Virus record (IMG/VR): IMGVR_UViG_3300028384_000458
Coordinates: 1 to 56,751 of that record
From: a virus
Lineage: Duplodnaviria; Caudoviricetes
Strand: one strand, 5' to 3'
Length of the DNA: 56,751 nt
Below, one piece after another: positions 1 to 8,908 of this stretch (position 1 is the stretch's first letter; each line of letters begins with the position of its first letter). Under the pieces are notes generated by a model. The model worked only from the letters and a program-made list of their open reading frames with translations, ran no database searches and was not told where the DNA came from. A program made the translations under genes and the position numbers.

Positions 1-428
1 AGTACAGCCATACTGAACTTGTTAAAGTCTGTGATGTCTGTAATCTTAATAGCATCTTCTGGCAACGGGACAGTGTTGAATGTAGGCAGTTCAGCAATAC
101 GTTCTTTTGCCTGTACGCCTTCATTCTCTCTCATCACTTCAAGTGCCACCTTGTTGATTATATCGTCAGGTGCTCCCATCCACTGGAGAAGTTTACGCAA
201 CTTGTGTGAGAAGTTTCTGCCCGGTTGCCAGCTTGCTTTGTAGCCGCAGTTAAAGCAGTGATAGCTAATGCCTCCATCTGGATTAGCAATCAAGCCACCA
301 CGGCCGCGAGTGTCTGCACTGTGTCCATTGTGATGGCAACACTGTGCGTTAAAGGATAGCCAACCACTAGGAGTTTGTTTCCTCTTAGCCGGCAAGTATG
401 TCAGAACTGTATCGCTTACTACACTCAT
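1..428 (-). CDS. DNA primase, T4 gp61-like, N-terminal part (runs off window start; absent from ORF track)
   Basis: Manual translation from ATG at 428: MSVVSDTVLTYLPAKRKQTPSGWLSFNAQCCHHNG...RGRGG...SYHCFNCGYKASW. This is a primase-type Zn-ribbon; the frame is open to the window edge and preceded by a consensus promoter. Confidence 0.75.
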   Translation of the reverse strand, partial: MSVVSDTVLTYLPAKRKQTPSGWLSFNAQCCHHNGHSADTRGRGGLIANPDGGISYHCFNCGYKASWQPGRNFSHKLRKLLQWMGAPDDIINKVALEVMRENEGVQAKERIAELPTFNTVPLPEDAIKITDITDFNKFSMAV

Positions 429-434
429 ACTATT

Positions 435-463
435 ATTATAGCGTCAGTGTATAGTAATGTCAA
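435..463 (-). promoter_or_regulatory. sigma70-type promoter TTGACA-N17-TATAAT, 6 nt upstream of primase ATG
   Basis: Minus strand TTGACA (463-458), 17-nt spacer, TATAAT (440-435). Confidence 0.85.
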
Positions 464-1101
464 TCAGTTTCGGACAAGAACTTTAGAAATTTTATTTGCT
501 GGATCTGCTGTTGATTTAAAGCGCAAATGACTGTATACACCGTTAAAGTTTACAGGTTTAGGTTCTGTTTCACTGCCTGTAAATGTTACAGTAGCAACAT
601 CTGCCCAACTAGTAGTTCCGGTTACTTGGTTGTCTAGTGTGGCTTGTACAACTACGTCACCTGTGTAGCTGTCAGTGTATATAACTGCTGTATGCAATGC
701 TTCGTTACCGTTAATGCCGGGCTCTGCATCAAGTGTTTCGGAAATCCAATAACTGTCGTCTTCTGTCACTTCTGTAAAGATTGAAACACTGTATGTTTCA
801 CGAGGCCCTGGATATTGACAAGTGTCAACATAGATAGTTCCACATCCGCCAAAGTGTGCATTGGTATATGTAATAACATTGTTACTGTTAGAATCTACAA
901 GATATATACTATAACTTAAATATTGACTTTTTACTTTTACTTTTGATCAGCATTAACCAGTTTAAAGTCTAATACGTTGTCAATGCCTGTAAATACTTTT
1001 AGTTGTCTTGTGTACACTGGTCTATACTCCGTAAGAAACCCTGCTTCATTAGCAATAACCGTGGTTTTGTTTTTGACTAAATATCTGGGTATAAGTTGCA
1101 T
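464..1101 (-). pseudogene. Hypothetical (probably virion) protein split in two frames at ~940
   Basis: 5' part MQLIPRYLVKN...NADQK* (1101-937). A second frame is open from 946 to 464 (VKSQYLSYSIYLVDS...KVLVRN*) without a good start of its own. A late promoter motif precedes 1101. Confidence 0.55.
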
Positions 1102-1121
1102 AATGTATTTATCGGATAAGA

Positions 1122-1493
1122 ATGTTAACAAAAGATATAGAAGAAAATTTTCCTTTCATTAGTGTCGTGCAGTATGGCGGACAAGAATATGTAGGCATCA
1201 TTGCGAATCAAGATCAATGGGTAACGTCAATGTACATTTACACTAATCTTAAATCTACACTAGAGAAAAAAGCATTTCTCGAACTAGGAGAAGCTTGGTG
1301 GTGGGAATCAAACAGACTGATACCTATTAATATTTTCTTAGGAAAAGAGATGTTGCCTTTTAAATATAGTTTAATCACTATGAACTCAAAAGATGTTAAA
1401 GTTACAATTGGTCCTTGTACTAATATTAACAACTTATCAATTAAAAGAGTTAAACGTAAAAATGTTCAACTAGTTAAAAAATCTAAGAAGTAA
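1122..1493 (+). CDS. Hypothetical phage protein
   Basis: 123-aa ORF divergent from the 1101 gene, phage-like composition, no recognised motif. Confidence 0.6.
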   Translation: MLTKDIEENFPFISVVQYGGQEYVGIIANQDQWVTSMYIYTNLKSTLEKKAFLELGEAWWWESNRLIPINIFLGKEMLPFKYSLITMNSKDVKVTIGPCTNINNLSIKRVKRKNVQLVKKSKK

Positions 1494-2043
1494 TATTTTC
1501 ACACAACAAATTCATATGTACTACAACGGCCATTGCATAACTTATTGCGTGGGCTTTTTTAAAGTAGTACTCATCATTCGTCGGTTTCGTCCAAACTTCT
1601 TTCATCACCGTATCCCAGCTTTCTCCAATTAGATGTCTCTTCGCTGGTCGAATCATAGCTAGGACGGCAGCTAATTGTTCCACGGAAGTAGGGCAAGTCT
1701 TCTTCAGTATTTCCGTATGCCCGTTTAAATGAAATAGTTGATCCACAAATTCTTCGTGTTGTAAAAGTTCCCATACAGGTTCTTTCTCCATAAGTTGTAC
1801 TAAGTGTTTATCGTTTTTTACATCTTTATAAATGCTTACATTTAGAAAGTCTAATTTAAAGTAGCCTCTATCTTCAGCAGTTTTATAATCAATAGTTGAA
1901 TGATTGTCTACAGGGTTATGAGGAATCTCAGTAACGTAGACACCTGTGTTATGTTTCTTCTCGTTATTTATAACAGCAACACGATGCGGTATCTTTGACA
2001 ATACTATGTCTCTATCTGCAAAGTCTATATCAATATCTGGCAT
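1483..2043 (-). CDS. Miniature DNA polymerase III alpha (DnaE/PolC)-like catalytic-core protein
   Basis: Motifs PDIDIDF, HNTGVY, GYFKLDFL, AMIRP and FKKAHAISYA occur in DnaE order within 186 aa. Confidence 0.75.
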   Translation of the reverse strand: MPDIDIDFADRDIVLSKIPHRVAVINNEKKHNTGVYVTEIPHNPVDNHSTIDYKTAEDRGYFKLDFLNVSIYKDVKNDKHLVQLMEKEPVWELLQHEEFVDQLFHLNGHTEILKKTCPTSVEQLAAVLAMIRPAKRHLIGESWDTVMKEVWTKPTNDEYYFKKAHAISYAMAVVVHMNLLCENITS

Positions 2044-2453
2044 TAAAGTTTGCCTTCTTCTCTCATTTTAGCACGAATCTTTGTAGCACTAATATCGTGA
2101 ATTTCTTCACCTAGATCGTGTTGTGTAAAAGTATACCCAACGCCCCGACCATAACTAATGTCTACAATGTTTGGTACTTGCATTATAACATATTCTACAC
2201 CATATGTCACGCCGTGTGCAGCTAACCCGTCTTTGATGTTTTGAACAACTTGTTCATATTCGAACGGGTTATCATCTTGTTTAGCAGTGCGCCCAGCACC
2301 TGCATCTTCTCCGACAATGCCACCTACATCGCGGATCATAATACATACTTGGCCTGTTTCTTTCAGCGCCTTTCTAAATAGTGCTGTGTGTCCGTCGTGC
2401 CACGGTTGCCAACGTCCTAACATTTGTGTTGTCGGCTTTTTAGGATCAAACAT
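2043..2453 (-). CDS. HxGH (HUP-class) nucleotidyltransferase, cytidylyltransferase-like
   Basis: GRWQPWHDGH and C-terminal ISATKIR motifs. Confidence 0.75.
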   Translation of the reverse strand: MFDPKKPTTQMLGRWQPWHDGHTALFRKALKETGQVCIMIRDVGGIVGEDAGAGRTAKQDDNPFEYEQVVQNIKDGLAAHGVTYGVEYVIMQVPNIVDISYGRGVGYTFTQHDLGEEIHDISATKIRAKMREEGKL

Positions 2454-2664
2454 CTTTTACTCCATACTTGATGTGTTTATACCATACACGCTCGTGAGCA
2501 TAGTATAATACAAATTTAATAATTAAATCTGCAACAAAGACAGCCCCTACTGCCTTTGGAGGCAAGCCAAATGCAAAAGCAATTACTGCTGTTGTAATAC
2601 TTGCAATAATGCGCCAAGTAACTGCTTTTGCCAAGTGACGTTTAGCATCAACTTTCGTTTCCAT
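2446..2664 (-). CDS. DUF2061-like small membrane protein
   Basis: RHLAKAVTWRIIASITT...LYYAHERVW with two hydrophobic helices; likely start Met at 2664. Confidence 0.7.
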   Translation of the reverse strand: METKVDAKRHLAKAVTWRIIASITTAVIAFAFGLPPKAVGAVFVADLIIKFVLYYAHERVWYKHIKYGVKDV

Positions 2665-3085
2665 AATCTGCCATATATTTAGATACAATTTTAACTAGTT
2701 GTTCGTGCGTATCATCAAACCACTTCGATACGTGATAGTCGTATTGTCCTTTGTCCAAAGGAACATACATTGCATTAGTATCTTCAAACCTGCCTTCTTT
2801 GATAGTGTCCATCCATACCACATAGTCAGCACCAAACTCGTCACGTGCTTGCGGTGTGGGTGCAACAAAGTCTGCAACAGCAATCTTTCCTGCTTTAACT
2901 ACACCGTCTGCTAGATGACGCATACGTTGTGCCTGTCTAATACGTCCTTCTGGTGTAAAGTCCCAGTCATCGTATTCTTTTCTTACTGCGTCTGCATTAA
3001 GATGTACTGCACCAATTAACTGAGCAAATGGAGCAGCTAGAGTAGTTTTACCACTGCCAGGTAAACCACATATTAATATTTTCAT
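2648..3085 (-). CDS. cysC: Adenylylsulfate (APS) kinase-like P-loop kinase
   Basis: GLPGSGKTT, NADAVR, DWDFTPEGRIRQ and DFVAP match a short APS kinase pattern. Confidence 0.65.
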   Translation of the reverse strand: MKILICGLPGSGKTTLAAPFAQLIGAVHLNADAVRKEYDDWDFTPEGRIRQAQRMRHLADGVVKAGKIAVADFVAPTPQARDEFGADYVVWMDTIKEGRFEDTNAMYVPLDKGQYDYHVSKWFDDTHEQLVKIVSKYMADYGNES

Positions 3086-3765
3086 AAATTTGATTCCTTT
3101 GCAACATCTTTTACTAATTGTACATCATTAGGTAACTTTCTAAAACGCATTGCCCAATGCTCTGGATTAATAACATGATAAACCATTTCTAATTGTTCAT
3201 CGTTAAATTTACTTAGCATTTCTTTGCCGCTCTTACAATTTAATAACAACCAAGGTGAAATCTTTCCGTCTTTAATATGCCATACTGCTCTATTTAAACT
3301 TATATGATGAAAGTAGTGTGTCCAAGGTGCGGGTTCATTTTCGCTTGCCCATTCTAGCATAGTTTGTACACTGCGCTCTAATGCTGTTGTTACATCTTCT
3401 TTAAGAATATATTCTAATACATACTTTTCATATAGCTCGTCACGTGCCCAGTGATCTAACTTTACGCCGCTCTTTACAACCCAGTCTATATACTTTTCAG
3501 GGTATAAAGGCTTAACATTATTAAGAAAACTGCCAAACTTGACAAAAGCATTATAGTATTGACTATTGACAAAGTCCGCATATGTTTTTTCTTTCTTAGC
3601 ACCCGCACTGAGTTTGTAAAATCGTTGAAAGGCATATAATCCTAACCTCACTCGTTTTTCATCTTTCTGCAACCAACGTCTTTTCTTTTCGCACATATGC
3701 GCAGCAAGAGTTTTTTCTCGCATGTATCCGTTGCCGCAATACTCACACGTATAAGGTTTATCCAA
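3082..3765 (-). CDS. C2H2 Zn-finger-containing conserved phage protein
   Basis: YTCEYC...LAAHMC at the N-terminus; probable TTG start at 3765 with GGAG upstream. Confidence 0.6.
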   Translation of the reverse strand: MDKPYTCEYCGNGYMREKTLAAHMCEKKRRWLQKDEKRVRLGLYAFQRFYKLSAGAKKEKTYADFVNSQYYNAFVKFGSFLNNVKPLYPEKYIDWVVKSGVKLDHWARDELYEKYVLEYILKEDVTTALERSVQTMLEWASENEPAPWTHYFHHISLNRAVWHIKDGKISPWLLLNCKSGKEMLSKFNDEQLEMVYHVINPEHWAMRFRKLPNDVQLVKDVAKESNL

Positions 3766-4573
3766 AGGGCCACTCCACTTCTTTAGTGTGCCAATCTTCC
3801 AATGGGTAGAATCCTTTATCATTTTCATATAATCTATTTTGCCAGTGTCTTGCATAATCTTCAATACTGTTGTCTAATGTTATGCCAACGTGCGGCACAA
3901 TAATGTTTTTTAGATAATCATAATGTTCTAACGGTAAAGGATGATCTTCTATGATGTTAGTATGTGGTGCCATTTCGTTTCTGTACCGAGGCCTAGATTT
4001 ATCTTTACCTACGCCTTCATACCAGCAATAGTTCATAATACTTTCAAAATCACCTTTGATCCAAGGTTGGTACATATTAAGAATATTAGACTCGTTGTAC
4101 ATAGAAAGTAGTAGTTCGTCTTTATACGGATCGCTCATATGTGTAAAGTACACTTTAGCTCCGGTTGCCTTTAGCCCTTCAACTGTACTAGTTATTAATG
4201 CTGAATCTCTCATCAAGTAATGCATTAAGTCGTGTGTGTCAACTTCTGATGTATAAGTGTAGTTGTATAGCGTAAACGGATATTGTGTACGAGTATTAAA
4301 AATATTTCCCGGGCAGTGCCAACCTCCTCTTGTATGATAACGATCTTCTCTAAAGAAGTTTGACCAGCTAATAATTATAATGTCGTCTTTATTATATTGA
4401 TATCTTGCATGAACATCCCACACACGAGATGCTATAGTTAAATTACCACTACCTGTCCTGCCACAGTTAAATCCTTCAATACCTTCGTGTGAAAAACTTT
4501 CTATCAACATATCTGCCCATGTAGGATATTGATAGTTTACATGACTACACCCAAATGCAAAAAATCTTTTCAA
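3758..4573 (-). CDS. SGNH/GDSL-hydrolase-like protein
   Basis: FAFGCS, GRTGSGN and late DHP motif; paralogue of 43319..44197. Confidence 0.5.
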   Translation of the reverse strand: MKRFFAFGCSHVNYQYPTWADMLIESFSHEGIEGFNCGRTGSGNLTIASRVWDVHARYQYNKDDIIIISWSNFFREDRYHTRGGWHCPGNIFNTRTQYPFTLYNYTYTSEVDTHDLMHYLMRDSALITSTVEGLKATGAKVYFTHMSDPYKDELLLSMYNESNILNMYQPWIKGDFESIMNYCWYEGVGKDKSRPRYRNEMAPHTNIIEDHPLPLEHYDYLKNIIVPHVGITLDNSIEDYARHWQNRLYENDKGFYPLEDWHTKEVEWPFG

Positions 4574-5031
4574 AGTTTTATCCCCTCAATTCCGTGTTCT
4601 TCTGCAAGTGCCTTCAGTTCTTTTTTAGTGCTAATAGATGCTAATAGTTCTAGTTCATCTTGCTTCATATTTGGATATATTTTTTCTAGCAACTTAACAC
4701 CTTTGCTGTTATCTGCTTTTTTCTTTTTAAAGCCAATCCAATTATGATTTCTAATACTGCTATTTGCATTGTGTGTCGAGCATAGCAACTGCCATTGTAG
4801 CTTAGGATGTCTAGTACCTAGTTCATTCCAGTTTCTATTATAGATCTGATTGGTTATTACAACAGCAAGTTCTTGTGCTTCTCTAGAACCAGACACTGAA
4901 CTTGCATATCGGTTTAGCAGCCAAAAGTTTACACATTTCTTCTGTTCGTCTGTAAGTTCGTCCCAAACGGATTTAGCATTACTATCAATACATGCTAGTA
5001 CGTCTTTTACTGGAAATGCATTGTATGCCAT
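4570..5031 (-). CDS. Clamp loader small subunit, T4 gp62-like
   Basis: FWLLNRYAS...N...HPKLQWQLL...W..KKK pattern, size and replication context. Confidence 0.5.
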   Translation of the reverse strand: MAYNAFPVKDVLACIDSNAKSVWDELTDEQKKCVNFWLLNRYASSVSGSREAQELAVVITNQIYNRNWNELGTRHPKLQWQLLCSTHNANSSIRNHNWIGFKKKKADNSKGVKLLEKIYPNMKQDELELLASISTKKELKALAEEHGIEGIKL

Positions 5032-5702
5032 GCGTCTACGTCCTCCGGCGAATTTATTTCTATACCATTAAAGTATACACTCTGTGTGCCTATTGTGCAA
5101 CCGTTTTTGAGCCATCGCAACTGTTCTAGTTGTTCAATATCTTCTTCTGCTGTACGTTCTAGTGTTCTGTATCCTACAAGTTTATGTCCCCAATAACCAT
5201 ATATACCTAGGTGATGTTTACCATACTTGGTAAGTCCTCTGCCACACCATAACACTTTACCGTTGCCTTCAATTAGTTTAACAGTGTCAGGGTTCTCTCT
5301 AAGTTTAGGATCCATCTCTGTATGTGCAGTAGTAATGTCATATTGGTTAAGATTATAATATACGTACTTAATAATATCTGTAGTAATATCAGGCATATCG
5401 CCTTGCACATTAATAAATTTAGTGTACTGTTCTGCACGTTTAGTTTGTGCAAAGGCAGCACATCGTTCAGTACCGTTTAGGTAGTCGCCATCGTCTACCC
5501 AAACCTCATGCGGACTAAAACGTTCTGCAATTCGGTTGTCATCTGTAAGTACAACAACATCTGCATCGATTTCGTTTGCGGCTTTGCGGCACTTTTCAAA
5601 CACCATACGCACCATTGGAATGTTATGTAGCAGTGCTAATGGCTTACCTGGAAAGCGTGTACTTTCATACCTAGCGGGAATAACTATGACCGATGATTTC
5701 AC
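5007..5702 (-). CDS. kdsB: CMP-Kdo synthetase (3-deoxy-manno-octulosonate cytidylyltransferase)
   Basis: IPARYESTRFPGKPL, NGTERC, INVQGDMP, HLGIYGY and EQLEQLRWL; GTG start at 5702 after GAGGAG. Confidence 0.9.
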   Translation of the reverse strand: MKSSVIVIPARYESTRFPGKPLALLHNIPMVRMVFEKCRKAANEIDADVVVLTDDNRIAERFSPHEVWVDDGDYLNGTERCAAFAQTKRAEQYTKFINVQGDMPDITTDIIKYVYYNLNQYDITTAHTEMDPKLRENPDTVKLIEGNGKVLWCGRGLTKYGKHHLGIYGYWGHKLVGYRTLERTAEEDIEQLEQLRWLKNGCTIGTQSVYFNGIEINSPEDVDAWHTMHFQ

Positions 5703-6432
5703 GTACAATCTCCTCAAAATTTTCTAGTTTAAGCATATTAGGACCATCGCTAGGAGCATTGTCCGGATCAGCGTGTACTTCTAGGAAGAAATTAGTAACA
5801 CCCAAAGCGGAGGCAGCACGAGCCAACCCAGGAACGTAAGTGCGATTCCCGCCGCTGCTACTTCCATTGCCACCTGGTTTCTGTACGCTGTGGGTAACGT
5901 CAAAGACCAAAGGACAATCATAGTTATCAAGCATATACTGCATACCAGTATAGTCCACAACCAAAGTGTTGTAACCAAAACTTGTACCTCTCTCTGTTAT
6001 CCAGACTTCTTTAGCGTCTGTACACTTACTTAGTATTCCTTGAACGTCCCAAGGTGCTAAGAACTGTCCTTTTTTGATATTTACAATACAATCTGTAGCA
6101 CAAGCTGCTTGTATTAAATCTGTTTGTCTACACAGGAAAGCAGGAATCTGTAGCACATCTACAATGTCTTTCAAGTATTGCACTTGATCAACTTCGTGAA
6201 TGTCTGTAAGTGTTTTTACAACCAGTTGTTCTTTAAGTTTTAAAATATCTTTTACAAACGGATGTAATCCTACACCTCGTTTGCTGCTTACACTTGTACG
6301 GTTAGCTTTGTCAAAACTTGCTTTAAAGTAATATTCAATGCCATATTTGTCGCATACACGCTTACACTCTGTAGCAATTTCTAAACTTTGTTCTAATGTC
6401 TCGTGTTGACACGGTCCTGCGATAATTTTCAT
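5671..6432 (-). CDS. kdsA: KDO8P synthase (metal-dependent type, AGPC motif)
   Basis: AGPC, KASFDKANRTS, QIPAFLCRQTDL, NIKKGQF, ERGTSFGY, DVTHSVQ and APSDG. Confidence 0.93.
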   Translation of the reverse strand: MKIIAGPCQHETLEQSLEIATECKRVCDKYGIEYYFKASFDKANRTSVSSKRGVGLHPFVKDILKLKEQLVVKTLTDIHEVDQVQYLKDIVDVLQIPAFLCRQTDLIQAACATDCIVNIKKGQFLAPWDVQGILSKCTDAKEVWITERGTSFGYNTLVVDYTGMQYMLDNYDCPLVFDVTHSVQKPGGNGSSSGGNRTYVPGLARAASALGVTNFFLEVHADPDNAPSDGPNMLKLENFEEIVREIIGHSYSR

Positions 6433-6571
6433 TGGTCATCCTTTAGCATATAATACGTTGTTACTAACTTGTCCATTTGTTTTTTTAAAGTAGGATATTT
6501 TTCACACATGTCGCACAAGTTATTCCATTCCCCGCATAAATTAACGGTTCATTTGGTTTTAGATTTCCCAA
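6429..6571 (-). pseudogene. Probable remnant of a small gene broken by a frameshift or deletion
   Basis: One frame reads LGNLKPNEPLIY; another reads GEWNNLCDMCEKYPTLKKQMDKLVTTYYMLKDDQ* and ends in an ATGA overlap with kdsA. Confidence 0.4.
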
Positions 6572-6923
6572 CTTGTGTACCTACTGTTCTTCTTACAATA
6601 TCGTCGTGATTAAATTCTGCCCAATATAGTTCAAATGCTACTCCATCTTCAATGCCTTCAAACTGATGAATCTTACCTGGCTTAACTTGCATAAAGTCAC
6701 CGGGCTCAAGAATAGTTTCATCTACTAAACCGTCTTGGTCTCCGTCTTGCCATACACGTACAAGCATTTTACCCGACTCTACAAAGAAACCATTCCACTT
6801 GTATTGATGCTCGTGTTCACTACATTTAAATCCGCCCTTGTATTCGATACGATGAAATTCTAGTACACCGTTTGCGTGGATCAACTCTGTCTGACCCCAA
6901 ATTTTTCCTGCTTTCATTGTCAT
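6549..6923 (-). CDS. Cupin-fold protein (sugar isomerase-like)
   Basis: KIWG, SEHEH, FVESG and PGKIHQF are cupin metal motifs. Confidence 0.7.
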   Translation of the reverse strand: MTMKAGKIWGQTELIHANGVLEFHRIEYKGGFKCSEHEHQYKWNGFFVESGKMLVRVWQDGDQDGLVDETILEPGDFMQVKPGKIHQFEGIEDGVAFELYWAEFNHDDIVRRTVGTQVGKSKTK

Positions 6924-6936
6924 TTCTTCTTTCCCA

Positions 6937-7443
6937 TTATAATAAATTTGTATAATCGATTACTTCACTTTGTCTGCTAATATCTTTGATAAAGTATGCA
7001 CACAAAGGTTTGTCGCCATCTTCAATTGGAACAGCTAATAGCTGACCGTTTTTTGTTTTAGGAAAATACCATTTAACATCATTATAAAAATTAGTTACTT
7101 TAATATCTGCAAAATCAAATTTATAACTAGATAGAGGGTTAAACAAAAATGCTTCAAACCCTCTATCGTTAATACTTGTTAAAGGCAATACTTCTAAGTC
7201 GTTTCCGCTATGACTGTCACCAACCGCAATATGCCAGTCTATTGGCATCATAATTTCTTTTCCGTTGATTTCTAAAACCATTGCCGGCGCACTAAAACTT
7301 TCTAAAAAGATTAAAGGAATAAAAAAGAAATCAGGTTCTTTTGCATCCGAATTGTCAAGTACGGCAAACTGAACTTCGTCCTCAAGTTCATCTGGCATGT
7401 TCGTTAAAGAAAACGATTTATTTTCTAATGTTAATATTTTCAT
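6937..7443 (-). CDS. Hypothetical phage protein
   Basis: 168-aa ORF abutting uvsW in the operon. Confidence 0.6.
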   Translation of the reverse strand: MKILTLENKSFSLTNMPDELEDEVQFAVLDNSDAKEPDFFFIPLIFLESFSAPAMVLEINGKEIMMPIDWHIAVGDSHSGNDLEVLPLTSINDRGFEAFLFNPLSSYKFDFADIKVTNFYNDVKWYFPKTKNGQLLAVPIEDGDKPLCAYFIKDISRQSEVIDYTNLL

Positions 7444-7444
7444 T

Positions 7445-8908
7445 TTAATTCCAATCTACCTTTTCTATAGTGAACGGATACTGTGCTTCCTTATAGAATT
7501 TTTTACGTTGTGTTAAATGTCGCTTTGCAAATTTACACGTCGAAGTGATATCCCAAATTTGTACAAAGTCTTTGTCCTTTGCCTTTCTTACGCCTCTGCC
7601 GATAGATTGAATTACACGTACAAAAGACTTACCAGGTTCAAGCAATACCAAGTTAAAAATGCGAGGAATGTTGAGACCAACGGCAGCAACACCGTAGGTT
7701 GCAATGATAACTTCATTAGTGCCTTCGCGAATTGTATCATATGTTTCCTTTCTGTCTTTATTTTTTACGGCACCGCTTACAAACGTACTGCCTGGTATAA
7801 TTTCTGCTAGTGCTTCGCCTGCACTAATTCTATCTACTAGTATAAGTGTGTTGCCTGATTCTTTAACTGTGTTTAATAGTTTGCCTATATATTCAATTCT
7901 ATCTTTGTTGGTAACAAGATACTTTAGTTCTGATTGATAATCTGTGTGTGCTTGTGTATCCATTAGTTGTACTACATTAACATGACACTCAGCAAGCACA
8001 CCTTTATCTTGTAATTCCTTTGCTGTAATCTGTCCAATCACAGGTCCTAGACTAGCATGAATACTTTCAAACTCAAACTTTTCTTTAGGAACTGTGCCTG
8101 TTAGTCCCCAACGGATTGGAGCGTTGCGTAGGTTGCGTGTGAGCAAGTTTTTAAGAACTTCTGCTTTCGCTTGGTGTACTTCGTCGACAATAATAGTGCT
8201 TACACCTTCTAGGAACTCTGCAAGGCTTAGTACTGCACTGCCGTCTTTGAACTTTTTGTCTAGAATATTCAAGCTCTGCCATGTACAGATAGTGTGAGTC
8301 TTACCTAATTGCTTTCTGTCGCCAAAATACACCCCTACGTCGAGGCCGCAGTTAATGTAGTCTTCTTCTGTTTGTTCTACTAACGATTTGTTAGGAACAA
8401 TCACTAAAGATCTACCATACGGCTCACTTATATGTGACAGCGTTGCTGTGGTAATTGTTTTACCTGCACCAGTAGCAATCTGTTGCAAGCTCTGTGGATT
8501 CTTAATAAAGTTATTAATCGCTTCTACTTGATAGTCGCGTAGAATAATATCTTCGCCTTCTGCTGGATGTCCTTTGGGCCATACAACTCCTTGATCCTTC
8601 CAGTAGTTTTCTGTTACTTCCGGAAAGTTAAATTGTACTGGATGTCTATTATCTTCAATGTCTACAATTTGAACATTGTTCTTTTCTAATATACTAACAA
8701 TAGTATCAAGATGATTAACGTAGCCAGTGCCACCAATACCAAAGAATGCAACTTTGCCATCCCAGCGTCCTAGCTTATACTGGGGCATATATTTTGCATA
8801 AGGTACTTCAAACTTAAGAGCATTTGCAAGTTTACGTCGAACGTCTACCTCTAATCCTTCTAGTTTGATGTTTACTTCATCTTCAATTATTAATTTACAA
8901 CTTGCCAT
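7445..8908 (-). CDS. uvsW: SF2 DNA helicase, UvsW-like
   Basis: LRDYQ, ATGAGKT, DEVH, GLTGT and QSIGRGVR. Confidence 0.88.
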   Translation of the reverse strand: MASCKLIIEDEVNIKLEGLEVDVRRKLANALKFEVPYAKYMPQYKLGRWDGKVAFFGIGGTGYVNHLDTIVSILEKNNVQIVDIEDNRHPVQFNFPEVTENYWKDQGVVWPKGHPAEGEDIILRDYQVEAINNFIKNPQSLQQIATGAGKTITTATLSHISEPYGRSLVIVPNKSLVEQTEEDYINCGLDVGVYFGDRKQLGKTHTICTWQSLNILDKKFKDGSAVLSLAEFLEGVSTIIVDEVHQAKAEVLKNLLTRNLRNAPIRWGLTGTVPKEKFEFESIHASLGPVIGQITAKELQDKGVLAECHVNVVQLMDTQAHTDYQSELKYLVTNKDRIEYIGKLLNTVKESGNTLILVDRISAGEALAEIIPGSTFVSGAVKNKDRKETYDTIREGTNEVIIATYGVAAVGLNIPRIFNLVLLEPGKSFVRVIQSIGRGVRKAKDKDFVQIWDITSTCKFAKRHLTQRKKFYKEAQYPFTIEKVDWN

